This document shows, in pieces, positions 11,280 through 25,317 of a stretch of 64,000 nt of DNA; position 1 is the first letter of the stretch, and the number at the start of each line of letters is the position of its first letter. Under the pieces are notes generated by a model, which did not search any database, had not been told where the DNA came from, and saw only the letters and a program-made list of their open reading frames with translations. The position numbers and the translations under genes are program-made. The DNA comes from Eledone cirrhosa (Eukaryota), in assembly GCA_964016885.1 (NCBI GenBank), contig OZ024758.1, positions 23,560,001 through 23,624,000 on the forward strand. Direction: 5' to 3'.

Positions 11280-11740
11280 ATACAGGGTGGTCCAAAAAGA
11301 TGTATCCATTTTTGATAAAGTAGCATTTTCTATTGAAAGGAAAACTTTACAATTTTTTTTTTCATAGACCTGTCTTACAGACATGTAAGTTTTGTGTGGT
11401 GTAAGTTTTTTCCTCGCATACCACCATTTTGCGAGCACAACGCAATAGTTTGTAATGTGCTCGATCCAAGCCCCTTGGCACTGAGTCACTGTGGCTACTT
11501 GCACATTGAAGTTTGTGATGTGATTTTCTGTCCTGACTGACCGTGGCCGGCCACTGCGACCTTTAATGTTATCCTGTACACTCCCCTTCTCCCTGAATTT
11601 GTCCAGGAGGCGCTTTATTGTGAGTCTAGTTGTCCAAACTCAACGACAATTCGGAGGGACTTTCCAGGGAGAAACGCTCCAACCAGACTCACAATAAAGC
11701 GCCTCCTGGACAAATTCAGGGAGAAGGGAAGTGTACAGAT
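11280..11740. mobile_element. Rearranged Tc1/mariner-superfamily transposon fragment
   Basis: TA-CAGGGTGGTCCAAAAAGATGTATCC terminus; HTH-like peptide PTRLTIKRLLDKFREKGSV..GRSGRPRS present on both strands through an internal inversion. Confidence 0.65.
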
Positions 11741-12939
11741 ATTGGCCTTTACTGCTGAGGATTTGCTAAGGTTAGAAATGAAATGAGATGAGTATATTCC
11801 TATGGATGTGTAATGTTTGTGTTCATAAATGATGTAGCATGAGTGAACTGAGAGACAACCTGGGTATAAGTGGAATCTGGTGTTGTGTGGAACACTGGGT
11901 TGGTTTGGACATGTGATGTATATGGAAGATGACAACTGTATAATGAAATCTCAGTGGATGGGACTTTTAGAAGAAGTAGACCTTGCAAGACATGGCATAA
12001 AGTGGTGAAGACCCACTTTAGGAAGCTGAATTTCATGACAGAAGTGCATTGATAGGTGATGTAGTACTGGAGAAGACCCACCTACCAGTATAAAACCAAT
12101 CCCTCCTGCTATACCATCAGTTACACCCTTATATTCTTCTTCCCTTCCTACCTAGCACACCCTTCTTTTCTATGATGACCCTTTAGTAACATGGTAATTG
12201 TCAAACGTTTCTTATGGAAGTATATCTACATCTCTTTCATAATGATATCCCCAGTACAGACTGTAAACGGGGCATTTCAAAAACTCCTAGTCTTCGTTTA
12301 TCTTTAAATTTTCATGTCCACATTTCTGTGGCATAGGTTGTGATTGCAAAAGTAAGAACATTGTACAGTTAACCATTGGATGACTAGCTGATATCCCACC
12401 TGTTTCAGATTATGTTTCTTAATCTTCCATATGTAGATGCTAATGAGATCCATCTTTTGATGGTGGTATGAAGCCCTCCTTGCTAAACTATCCGCCTATC
12501 AGCTTCATCTGACACCGGGCACTCTTGATGGATTCTTGCTTGTGGAATTAAAGTGCTGGTGGCTGAGCATTCTACGGACATATGTATCCATAACATAGTT
12601 CCCAGGGAGATTTGGCATGACATGACATGGGGTGTAGTAAGGCTGGCTTTTTGAAATACAAAAGTACGACTCATTTTTGCCAGCTGAGTAGACTGGAGCA
12701 ATGTACCATAATGATAACTGGTTAAAAACACAAAGCACCACCAGGAATCAAACTCTTGACCTTACGATCATGATCTGAAGACCCTAACCACCAACCCTTT
12801 AGTAATAACATGTTATAAATATGCCTGTGTCACTGTGTGTCTGTCTGTGCATAAGAAAGAGTGTGTGAGACATAACCTAACCTTGTGCTGTTCAAATAAA
12901 TTGAATGTATATCAGTGGGAGCTCATCATCTGTAAAGTC

Positions 12940-13230
12940 CTTCCTTCTCACCCCATCCTCATATCTGAGGGTCGGAGGTCATGGGCTTATGGACCAGCAC
13001 TCTCCATCTTTTCCTCCCTCTTGCTATTGCTGTACATTCCGCCAAAATCCTTCCTGTCCATTCCTTAATGTCGTCTGTCCATCTCCTTTTCTGTTGACCC
13101 CTGGCCCTTTTCCCTTGTATTTGTCCCTCAGGGATGTGGGTAGTCAAATTTTGGGCTCTGATGACATGACCAAACTACTGAAGTTTCCTCTTCCTTACTG
13201 TTTCAACCAACTTGTCGATTGGCCCCAATC
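12940..13230 (-). mobile_element. RTE-type LINE 3' fragment
   Basis: EGQIQGKRARGQQKRRWTDDIKEWTG..ARGRKRWRVLV; GAT-rich end. Confidence 0.75.
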
Positions 13231-13844
13231 TCTTCCAGGACAGATTCATTTGTTGTGCAAGCTGTCCAGCTAATTCTAAGTGCACACCTATAGTTTGACA
13301 TCTCAAATGTACTCAGTCATTTCAAGTATCTGTAAAGTATAGGTGTGTAAATATTGATTACAATGAAAAGTGGTTATTAAAGTAATCAATATACAGGTGA
13401 GACAATTGCACTGATATAGACATATGATGTGACTCTTGTTAGTAGGGAAAACGGATGTTAAAACGATGATGTGAATGATTGGCAGGTGCTGAATGAAAAA
13501 AAGTTATATGTTGATAGCAGAAGCTGTTCGTGACAGTCGAATGCTAAGGATGACATAGGAAGAAGTGGTGAGATCAGATCTTAAGACGTTTTAACTTTAC
13601 TAGCAAGATGATGTAGGGTTGATATGTAAACCTATTCAACCCACCATCTTGGAAAAGTAAATAGTAAATATTTGTTTCTACTTTAGGCACAAGGCCAGCA
13701 ATTACCCAGTTCATTAGTAAATATTGTGAGAGTATTGATGTTGATGACATAACACAACATACAAAGGCATTCCCCAAGTTGCAAAAGAGCTGACTGGTAT
13801 TATTTCATGGATTTTATTAGAAAATAGTGCAATTTGAATCTACT

Positions 13845-14056
13845 TTAACCCTTTAGCATTTACATTACTCTATATACACATTTGTATTTTCATGGTAAAC
13901 ACTTTATCTCACATAATATTGAATCTATGAGATTTTCATATTATTTATTTTGAGAACAGTACCTTAACATCAGTATGAGTGGTCAGTTACAGCCGGTTTG
14001 AATAGAGGCGAGAGAATTCTGGCCGGATATGGCCGGTTTAAATGCTAAAGAGTTAA
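13845..14056. mobile_element. piggyBac-type MITE (~210 bp), abundant family
   Basis: TTAA-CCCTTTAGCATT...AATGCTAAAG(A/G)G-TTAA. Other copies, many nested or interrupted, near 15896-16696, 20623-20997, 21738-22390, 33020-33215, 34980-35212, 35444-35894, 42068-42297, 45420-45695, 57190-57719, 59914-60060. Confidence 0.8.
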
Positions 14057-16308
14057 GATATATATACGCCCCTTCGCATAAGACATTCCCACTTTTTTTA
14101 AAATTATATTTTACGTTATATTTTGACTTTTATAGACATTTTTATGGACCAAGTCCAATATTCGCGGTTTTTCACACTCTATCAATGTGACCTCCACGAA
14201 TACCAAGGGACAACTGTACTAGATGTTGACAAAGGTTCATTCCAAGTGGAAAATATTTACATAAATATAGATCACAATCAGAACCGATATCAGACAATGA
14301 AACTAAGTAGATTCAATAAACTGTTCAGTCCTTATTGTCTAACATTGAAGCATTCAAATAAACATGATTATATGAAGCAAAAATGGGACGCATAATAACA
14401 AAATATAGGACAGGGTTTCTTTCATAAACAAATTTACATGTGCACATACATACAGGCACACACACAGCCACACAGTCACACACCCACTGTCAGATACACA
14501 CATACAGACACGCTCGCACTCACACACAGACGCAGACGCACACATACAGACACACTCACACACATAGATGCAGTCACATACATACAGGCACACACACACA
14601 TACACACACAGCCACACAGTCACACACCCACAGTCACATACACACATACAGACAAACTCAGACACACACATAGACACGCTCAAAGATAGACGCAGACACA
14701 TACATACAGGCACACATACACACACACACACACAGCCACACATAGTCACACACCCACAGGGACACACACACTCAGATAGACGCAGACACATACAGACACA
14801 CTCACACACTCAGATAGATGCACACATACATACAGGCACACACACACAGCCACACATAGTCACACACCCACAGTCACATACACACAGACACACTCACACA
14901 CAGGCGCAGACACACGCATACAGACACTCACAGATAGACGCAGACACATGCACAGGCACACACACACACACACACACTTTGTCACAGGATCAGTAGATGA
15001 CAACAGCATATTAGTAGGGAGGTTATCCCCATAAACCTTGAAAGACACCTGCAAACTTCTCTAAACAATGACACCACCAATACCTTAGTCAAATCAGTGC
15101 CACTTTCTACACTAAATCAATAGAAAGTCTTGCAGAAATCTGTGCAGGTTTTAAACAAACAGTTTGTAAGCTCAGCCATTGTTAGAAATAAGCAAATCAT
15201 CATCATCATCATCGTCGTTTAACGTCTATCTTCCATGCTAGCATGGGTTTAGACGGGAATTGTCCCACTTGAGGCAAGATTGGTTGTCTTGCTCGTATAG
15301 GACTGTCTGGCGGGTTTTCTACGGCTGGATGCCCTTCCTAACACCAACCACGTTTACAAAGTGAATAGAAATATAGAACACAGTATGGAAAGTATGATAA
15401 AGTCATACAGTAGCTGCAGAAATAAATGTAATAATACTATCAATCAACTAAAACCCTAAAGCCCAAATAATTGTTTCTACTTTTGGCACAAGGCCAGCAA
15501 TTACCCAGTGTATTACTGGTACTTTATTTTATCGACCCCCGTAAGGATGAAAGGCAAAGTTAACCTCGGCGGGATTTGAACTCAGAATGGTAAGGGCCGT
15601 AACTCCATGCGTCAAAGCATGGCCCAAATAATACCAATATAAAAGATCTGAAAAACCTGTAACGCCTCATAGATATCATATATCTCACATACATATAAAA
15701 CATACTTCTTCTTTTCTTCTTTTTTGTTTTGTCCTGTAACTCCTGATGGAGTTTGTAATGCCGCTGTATTTGACTTATGGCGTTTCTAGAGAATTTTTAA
15801 ATACTTGGTGGAGCTCATCTCCTCTCCAGGTTTGAATACAGCAGATTTCTTCCAGAATAGGATATAGTGTGAGAGAAGGGAAGTCAGAAAGAGATTTAAC
15901 CCTTTAGCATTCACATTACGGAGGCACATTATGGGGGCACATGGCTTAGTGGTTAGAGCATTGGCCTTGCAATCTAAAGGTTGTGAGTTCAATTCTCAGA
16001 CCGGGTGATGTGTTGTTTCCTTGAGCAAGACACTTTATTTCACATTGCTCCAGTTTACTCAGCTGTAGAAATGAGATGATAGGACTGGGGGTCCCTATCA
16101 TTCCACTGCAAAGTGGTCGTGGAGGTGCCACGGCAAAAAAGCACCCAGCACTCACTGTAAATGAGGTTGGTGTTAGGAAGGGCATCCAGCTGTAGAGATC
16201 AAGCCAGAATCAGTTCCCGCCCCACCCTTGCAAGCAGGGAAAAAGCGGACGTAAAATGATGATGATGATGATTACTCTATATATACTATTATATTTTCAT
16301 GGTAAAGG

Positions 16309-16527
16309 AGGGTGGTGGATTGGCAGTATCGGTAGAGGGTCGGCCGCCATGCTTTGCAGCATAGACTTACGCCCCTTTATGATCTGAGTTCAAATCCCGC
16401 CGAGGTTAACTTTGCCTTTCATCCTTACTGGGGTCGATAAAATAAAGTACCAGTAATGCACTGGGGGTCGATTTAATCGACTTTCTCCTCACCCAAAATT
16501 GCTGGCCTTGTGCCTATATAAGAAACC
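16309..16527 (+). mobile_element. tRNA-derived SINE family A nested in a piggyBac MITE, with 21-bp target-site duplication
   Basis: A-box TGGCAGTATCGG, B-box GAGTTCAAATCCC, central GCCTTTCATCCTT..GGGGTCGATAAAATAAAGTACCAG (resembles the MetaSINE domain). TSD ATTATATTTTCATGGTAAAGG at 16288-16308 and 16528-16548. Confidence 0.85.
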
Positions 16528-19500
16528 ATTATATTTTCATGGTAAAGGCTTTATCTCACATAATATCGAATCTATGAGATTTTGAAAGTATTTATTTTGA
16601 GAACAATACCATAACATCAGTTTGAGCGACCAGTTACAGCCAGTTTCAACAGAAAGAGGTAGAGAATTCTGGCCGGTTTGAACATTAAGGGGTTAAAGTC
16701 AGAAAGAGATATAGAGGAAGATAAAGAGCCAGAAGAAATGCTGCAGGGGATAAAAGGCAAAGTTGACCTCAGCAGGATTTAAACTTTTAAGGTCAATAAA
16801 AATTTAATACTAGTTTAGTACTGGGATCTATTCCTGCTCTTGCTCTCTCTATCCTTTGCTGTAAGAAATTGGCTGTGTTCAGATCGGGAGAGAGAGGGTG
16901 GCTCTACCAGGTTTAAAATGCCCAAGACACATTGTATGCTACTACAGCACCACTATCTCACCCTTTCATAGTAGTTAGATACATGTTCTTTATGTTATCC
17001 TACCTGACTTTCTCCTGTCTAAACCTCTTTTCTGTATGTCCGTCTATATCTCTCGCTTTCTCTGTAAGAAATCAGCTGTGTTCAGATCAGGAGAGCGATG
17101 GGCTCCACCAGGTTTAAAATGCCCGAGTCATGCCATATTTTACTACAGCACTGCTACGACTCCTACAGGTCCCATACACAAATACAATTACCGTATTAAG
17201 TGGCGTCAAAGACGCTACTTTTTTCCTAAAGTAAGTCTAAAAAATCTACTATGCCTCTGGGAGGCCGACGGTTGTTTATTATTTTTTTTTTCATCCCGCC
17301 GAGGTTAACTTTGCCTTTCATCCTTACGGGGTCGATAAAATAAAGTACCAGTAATGTACTGGGTAATTGCTGGTCTTGTGCCAAAAGTAGAAACAATTAT
17401 ATAAATATATTTTGTGCCTAAAGTAGAAACAATTATTTCTTTTTTCATCCTTACGGGGTCGATAAAATAAAGTACCAGTAATGCACTGGGTAATTGCTGG
17501 CCTTGTGCCTAAAGTAGAAACAATTATTTCTTTTCAAAGTTTTGGTTGTCAAAATCAGGGTGTGTCCTCGAGGACGAAGAGTCTTCGGTGCCGGAAAATG
17601 TAGTAAATATTTATGGCAATGGACTTTTAAAAATTGTCTTTGATCCAAATCTACTAGAAAACAAAGATATATTATCTGTACTTACTGCAACCTCCCCATC
17701 AGAAAAAATACAAACCACTTTACAGTTACAAATGAAAGAAGGCTTTTAAGGATTGAAAGATATATTTAAAAAATAAAATACATTTGCTTCAGCAATTCAT
17801 CAAAAGTACAGTTTATATATTCGAATAAACTGAGGAATATGTGACCCCCCCCCCCCCCCAAAAAAAAAAAAATCAATGGTAGAGGGGGAGGGGGATCGAC
17901 TTATATTCTGGGTCAATATTTTGATGATTTTCGCCAACTTCAAATTCTACACAAATAAGGTTTGGATTTTTTGCCCATTTCTCAGACATAAAATAGTAGG
18001 GTAACTTATATTTGAGTATATATGGGAATCCAATTTATAGAAATTGCCAAACTATTTTTGCAAGAAAAAATAAATTGTCATCAACAAAACAAAAGCAATT
18101 AATTTGCACTAAGTTTCATTTTTATGTAATATATATTTTGCACTTTCTAATGTCAGCTAAACAGATTTAAAGTTGATGCTTTTAAAAGAGAGGAATTCAT
18201 ATAGACATTGTGGATTGGCAGTATCGGTAGAGGGTCGGACGCCATGCTTTGCAGCATAGAGTTACGGCCCTTTATGGTCTGAGTTCAAATCCTGACGAGG
18301 TTAACTTTGCCTTTCATCCTTACGTAGTCGATAAAATAAAGTACCAGTAATGCACTGGAATAATTGCTGGCCTTGTGCCAAATATAGAAACAATTATTTA
18401 TCTTAGTTTTTTTATTATTAAACAAACTTGTATTTTTAGTAGGTCATTATTTCAGTGCAGATTATTTACTAAATAGAAATTTCAACCCAGAAACAGCAAG
18501 CTAACATCATCATCATCATCATCATCATCATTGTTTAATGTCCATTTTCCACGCTAGCATGGTTAGGACGGGCTGTCCCTTTTGAGAGATCAGGTTGGAG
18601 GACTGTATTTTGCTCACACAGAACTGATTTTGGCTTTGTTTCTATGGTTGGATGCCCTTCCTAACACCTACTACATTTACAGTGTGGACTGGGTGCTTTT
18701 GTCGTGACACCTACATGACCACTTTATAGTGTGGGCTTTGTAATTTAGTGATTTATATAGACACATCTCAAATATTGGTGCCACTATCATTAAATGCATT
18801 CTGGGGTATTGTCTTGGCATAAGAAAGCACCGACTGACATTTTCTTTTAGAAGAGAAGGAGAGAGATAAACATTTATCAACTCCATTATAGTGAGCTGTA
18901 CCATCCCACAGCATTGGTTTACAGTAAACTGGACCTCAGAGACCTACCCCCTTTGTTACCCCCAAAGTACAACACAGTACCAGTAATTGGATATGAGCTG
19001 TGACTCTTCAACCAATGAACCAGCTGTCGATAACTAAATATATATCTATAGCTGAGTTACTTTATTTCGTTGTATTTCTTACATATTTTGTTTTTTACAA
19101 CTTTGCCAATACAATCCTTTCTTCTTGTTTTATATCATCATCACCGTTTTATGTCCGTTCTTCCACGCTAGCATGGGTTAGACGGGTTGTCCGGTCGGCT
19201 GACCTTGTTTTGCTCATACGGGAACTAATTCTGGCTTGATTCCTACAGCTGGATGCCCTTCCTAACACCAACCTCATTTACAGTGAGTGCTGGGTGCTTT
19301 TTTGCCGTGGCACCTCCACGACCACTTTGCAGTGTGGGCTGGGTGCTTTTTTACCGTGGCACCTCCACGACCACTTTACAGTGTGGGCTGGGTGCTTTTT
19401 TTTGCCGTGGCACCTCCACAACCACTTTGCAGTGTGGGCTCGGTGCTGTTTTGCCGTGGCACCTCCACGACCACTTTGCAGTGTGGGCTGGGTGCTTTTT

Positions 19501-21777
19501 TTGCCGTGGCACCTCCACGACCACTTTGCAGTGGAATGATAGGGACCCCAGTCCCTATCATCTCATTTCTACAGCTGAGTAAACTGGAGTAATGGGAAAT
19601 AAAGTGTCTTGCTCAAGGAAACAACACATCACCCGGTCTGAGAATTGAACTCACAAGCTTTCAATTGCAAGCCCAATGCAAAGAAGAAAATATATAAAAT
19701 AGAGCCATGACTAGTATGAAGGACAAACTTGAGATATCACAAGTAGATCATTGCAGCATCTTTTTAGAGTGAATTTGTCTTCATTAAATTTGATTAATGG
19801 GTTCTGATTTAGGCATAAGGTCAGCAATTTTAGGGAGGGGAAAGTCGATTAAATTGACTTCCACTACATTACTGGTACTTTATTTTATTGACTATCTTGT
19901 CATTAATAATGGTTTCTGATTTAGATACAAGGTCAGCAATTTTGGGGTGGGGAAAGTCGATTAAATTGACTCCCACTACATTACTGGTACTTTATTTTAT
20001 TGGCTATCTTGCCATTAATAATGGTTTCTGATTTAGATGCAAGGCCAACAATTTTAGGGAGGGGAAAATCGATTAAGTCAACCCCTCCAGTGCATTACTG
20101 GTACTTTATTTTATCCACCCGGTAAGGATGAAAGGGGCTAAGTTAACCTCAGCGGCATTTGAACTCAGAACCTAAAAGACCGTAATTTTATGCTGCAAAG
20201 CAGGCTGTCTGACGTTCTACCGATACTGCCAATAAGTGTCTGTAAGAGGGAGATGGCTCATCAGTAGTAGTGGTGGAGGGGGAAGTAGAAGAAGAATACA
20301 AGAGAAAGAACAACAACAACAACAACAACAATACAGGAGAAAGAAGAATCTAAAAAGTGGGCCACATTAAACATGAGCTCATGATCCATTTACTTAATAG
20401 CTGATGACCTATCCTTTCAACCATTAAAATAGGTCAGTAAGAAAGATAATTATGGAAAGTCACGTGAAAAGGGAGTAATTAGGGCATTAGACAGCCAGCT
20501 CATTGGTTGTTTTTGTTTTAAAAAATAACAAAAACCTTACAATTGGGTAGAAGTAGTCATCTAAGTACAAAGTTAGAACTTTTAGGCAATCTGCCCTAGA
20601 AGGTTGGGCAACTGTTTAAGTTGAACCCTTTAGCATTTAAAATGGCGGCCGTGTCCGACCAGAATTCTCTAACCTCTTTCTGTTCGAACTTGCTGTAACT
20701 GGCCGATCATACCAATGTTAAGGTATTGTTTCTACTTTTGGCACAAGGTCAGCAATTTCCCCAGTGCATTACTGGTGCTCATTTTATCGACCCCATAAGG
20801 ATGAAAGAAAGGCAAAGTTAACTTTGGCGGGATTTGAGCTCAGAACGTAAAGGACCATAACTCTATGCTGCAAAGCTTGGTATTGTTCTCAAAATAAATA
20901 ACATCAAAATCTCATAGATTCAATATTATGTGAGGTAAAGCCTTTACTGTGAAAATATAACAGTATATATAGAGTAATGTAAATGGTAAAGGGTTAAGTT
21001 TAACTGGTGGCAGAAGGTTGGGTAACTATCACATCACAAAACATGTAGGGGTAAGGGTAAGTATCACAGGATAATCTGGGTAAATGTGACGAGACAGCGT
21101 GGCTCGGTAATTGTGTCACAAGATAGAGAGTGTCATCCATCAGGCAGTTGAATAATGGTGACAGGCTGGAGGAAATTTGGATAACTGTGACAGGAAGTTG
21201 GGAAATTGCCAAAAATAAAAATGATGTTACTATTTTGATGCAATACTAGTAGGCTAAATAAGCTGCCACTTTGTATACTACCTGACTACATAAATAGGCT
21301 AAAGTTAGTAGGGTCAATGATTGTAGGTGGTATAGGTAGGGATGGGTCTCTACTAGAGGGGTATAATACTATGGAGGGGGTGGGAGGGAAAAGGGTTTGA
21401 TACAGAACCTAAAATGTTAAACAGTGAAAGGTTCAGAAAGTAAGATATATGGTGAGCTCCATGATGTGAAATGCAGTGCAAGTGTTGCAAAGGAACGAAA
21501 TAGATATATAAAACAAACTCAAGATTAATTGTTTCTACTTTAGGCACAAGGCCAGCAATTACCCAGTACATTACTGGTACATTATTTTATCGACACCGTA
21601 AGGATGAAAGGCAAAGTTAACCTCGGCGGGATTTGAACTCGGGTCGTAAAGGGATGTAACTACGCTGGAAAGCATGTCTGACTCTTTACCGATACTGCCA
21701 ATTCATGAAAATAAGGAACTTTGAATTGAAGCAATGGTTAACCCTTTGGCATTTACGTAACTCTATATTTACTATGT

Positions 21778-21995
21778 GAAGGCATGTGGCTGAGTGGGTA
21801 GAGAATTGGATTCGCAATCGTGAGGTTGTGAGTTCGATTCCCAGACTGGGCGATAGCGTTATGTCCTTGGGCAAGACACTTTATTTCACGTTGCTCCTTC
21901 TACCTGGAGTTGCGACCGATAGAGAGTATTAGAAATTGGAAAGACCAACGGAAACATTGTTTCCTTGGTCTGATCTGACGAAAAGTTGATCGACA
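21778..21995 (+). mobile_element. tRNA-derived SINE family C (same CORE-like box, different tail ending GACGAAAGTCGATCGAC)
   Basis: Copies at 1070-1275, 35465-35680 (+); 54985-55180 and 31020-31125 (-). Confidence 0.75.
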
Positions 21996-22840
21996 GTTGA
22001 TATTTACTATTGTATTTTCACAGTAAAGACTTTATCTCACGTACTATTAAATCTATGAAATTTTGATGTTATTTATTTTGAGAACAATACCTTAACCCTT
22101 TAGCATTTAAACCGTCCGTATCCGGCCAGAATTCTTTCACCTCTTTCAGTTCAAACCAGCTGTAACCAGCCACTCATACTTATGTTAAGGTATTGTTCAC
22201 AAAATAAATATCAAAATCTCATAGATTCGATATTATGTAAGATATTATGTGAAAATACAGTAGTAAATATAGAGTAATGTAAATGGTAAAGGGTTAATAT
22301 CTGTATGAGTAGCCGGTCCGGTTGGTTTGAACAGAAAGAGGTGAGAGAATTCTGGCCGGATATGGTCGGTTTAAATGCTAAAGGGTGGTTAAGGAAAGAA
22401 TATTTAAACTTTGCAATATTTCTAATATAAATGATTTTAATCTTGCAGTAATGACATTAGAAGGCTTCTAAATTCTTTTGTGTTCTTTCAATAGACATTT
22501 AATAGACCAAAAAAGCTAAAACAAAATCTTAAGCAACAGGGATTGATTAGAAGAATGCAAAGCAAATACTGCGAGGTATTTTGTCCTATACTCTAACGAC
22601 TCAGCCAGTTGGCCAATTAATTAAATTAGCACAATGTAGCTTATGTAAGTAGTGTTCATTAATGAAGAAACAACATTTATTGAATAAACATAACCAAACA
22701 ATGATATCTATGTGAACCGACTGAAAAGTTTGTAGGCTGACTATGAAGGAGTAATGCTAGAGCTGTGAAATCTTACATGCATTAATTTCAACTCTTATTA
22801 ATAACAACTGCAGTGTTTCTTGAAAAGGACTATGTATATA

Positions 22841-22892
<52 letters not shown>

Positions 22893-23497
22893 TAGGGTGT
22901 GGTAAAAACCAGCTAGATCATAACCCAGAGTTCGGCTCTTCTAGCTGTTGAAATGGCTGGAGCTCAGTCGTCGAGGTCCTGAATCTTTATATATATGTAT
23001 ATATATATATATATGTATATATATCATCATCATCATCATTTTACGTCAGCTTTTCCCTGCTTGCATATATATATATATATAACCAAACAATGATATCTAT
23101 GAGAGCCAACTGAAAAGTTCATAGGATGACTATGAAGGAGTGATGCTAGAGCTGTGAAATCTTGCATGCATTAATTTCAACTCTTCTTATTAATAACTGC
23201 ATTGTTTCTTTCCAAGGACCATGTTGAAAAATAAACCTCATTTGGTCATTCCATGAGTGGTCAGCCTATGAAGGAGTGATGCTAGAGCTGTGAAATCTCA
23301 CATCCATTAATTTCAACTCTTCTTATTAATAACTGCATTGTTTCTTTCTAAGGACTATGTTGAAAAATAAGCCTCATTTGGTCATTCCATGAGAGTGGTC
23401 AGCCTATGAAGCTTTTAGGCAACCCTATATAGAAAATCAGATAAATAGATAAAACCTTTAGGAATACAATGAAATTGTGCAACCATGAAACTGAAGT

Positions 23498-23838
23498 ACC
23501 GTATTTCCGGGTCTTGAAGACGCTACTGTTCTCCTAAAATAAGTCTAAAAAATCTACCATGTGTCCCGGAGGCTGAAGGCAGTATCGGTAGAGCGTCGGA
23601 CGCCATGCTTTGACGCATAGAGTTACGGTCCTTGCCATTCTGAGTTCAAATCCCGCCGAGGTTAACTCTGCCTTTCATCCTTACGGGGGTCGATAAAATA
23701 AAGTACCAGTAATGCACTGGGGTAATTGCTAGCCTTGTGCCAAAAGTAGAAACAATTATTTTTCTTTAAAATTTTTGGTTGTCAAAATTAGGGTGTCTCC
23801 TCGAGGACGAAGCGTCTTCGGCGCCGGAAAATACGGTA
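23498..23838. mobile_element. pogo/Tigger-like MITE interrupted by SINE A (sister copy about 17189-17604)
   Basis: Termini TA-CCGTATTTCCGG ... CCGGAAAATACGG-TA. Confidence 0.7.
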
Positions 23839-24949
23839 ACTGAAAGCTGTGGAAGAGTTAATTGTCAGCGTGCTGGCTTATTAATAGAAGAGCTGACATT
23901 CCATGTACTATCACTGGAATGTCCATGGTAAATATTCGGAATTCTTAATGGCTCAGCTTACATGACACTATCTCGGCTATACTGGTAAAATAGTTCTGAT
24001 AGTTGTTAGCAGTATAGTATAATAAATAATTGCTATTATCAGCTTGCAGTGGTAAGACAAAAAAACTTAAGAAAAACTTGTGATTATTTGATGTTCTTTT
24101 CAGGTGAGAAATATTTTCAGTTAGAGAATGGAAGTAGGTTTTGTTGTTAAGTCAGGTCAATGATAGTGGCAACCACCTTATTGTGCAACAGCTTTCTCAG
24201 CAGAACACAAGTAACAGTATATATATATATGCATATTTAAAAATACAGCAGGAAACTTTATATGTACATATCATCATCGTTTAACACCTGCTCTCCCTGC
24301 TAGCAACGGTTATATAAATGTGTGTGTGTGTGTGTGCAGGTAAATACATTTTAAGTACACTATGTCTTATAGTGTAAGAAAGAACGAAAAAATAAAAACA
24401 GACTTGGTGACAAAAAAAATGGAGAAGACACAGACTTTATATTATAAAATTTAATCTCTTTTAAAAGAATTATAATAATCTTTGTTCTTGTTTTTCTCAT
24501 CACTGGATGAGAAGAATCTTTATTTCATGAACCAGTAATAGTAAGATTCTTACTCTTACTAAGAGTAAGGTGGAATTCATTGAGCTGAAGTGTCGATCCA
24601 ATTACATTAAATTTTTGTATATACATGCATGCAAGGTCACATAACTCCCGGGGAGTTGTAGGGGGCGCTGTATTGACATAGTGTTTCTAGGGCATTTTAC
24701 AACCTGATGGAGCTCATCTCCTATCCAGGTCTGAATACAGCAGATTTCTTTCAGAGAAGGATAGAGAGAGTGTGAGAATGAAAGTGAGAAAGAGATAGAG
24801 GGAGTGAGAGAAAGAAGTGAGATGAAGATAGAGAGAGTGAGAGAATGAAAGTGAGAAAGAGATACAGAGGAAGAATCGGCCTGAAATGGATGAAAGGTAA
24901 AGTTGACTTCAGTATTTGAACACAGAGAGCAGAAACGAATACTGACAAG

Positions 24950-25317
24950 CAGGCATGTCAAACTGAGGGTCCTCTGAGGGCCACATGAGTCACATATGTG
25001 TTGTCTGAGGGCCACATGAGCCACATATGTGTTGTCTGAGGGCCACATGAGTCACATATGTGTTGTCTGAGGGCCACATGAGTCACATATGTGTTGTCTG
25101 AGGGCCACATGAGTCACATATGTGTTGTCTGAGGGCCACATGAGTCACATATGTGTTGTCTGAGGGCCACATGAGCCACATATGTGTTGTCTGAGGGCCA
25201 ATTTTATGTTACAAAGATAAAACATGCTCGTGCTGTAAAAACCTTTGTGCAGGCCACAGGTGTGCTTGTAAAGGGCTGCATGCGTGCTTGTAAAGGGCTG
25301 CATGCTTGACATGCCTG
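24950..25317. mobile_element. hAT-type MITE containing a 31-bp tandem array (about 7 copies)
   Basis: TIR CAGGCATGTCAA/TTGACATGCCTG; flanks CTGACAAG/CTGTAAAG (6 of 8 match); unit GTGTTGTCTGAGGGCCACATGAGTCACATAT. Confidence 0.7.

Noticed and set aside
15946-16185. Recurrent 79-aa ORF MPFLTPTSFTV...QGQCSNH as a multicopy gene
   Set aside because: It is the antisense reading of SINE family B; conservation reflects SINE copy identity.
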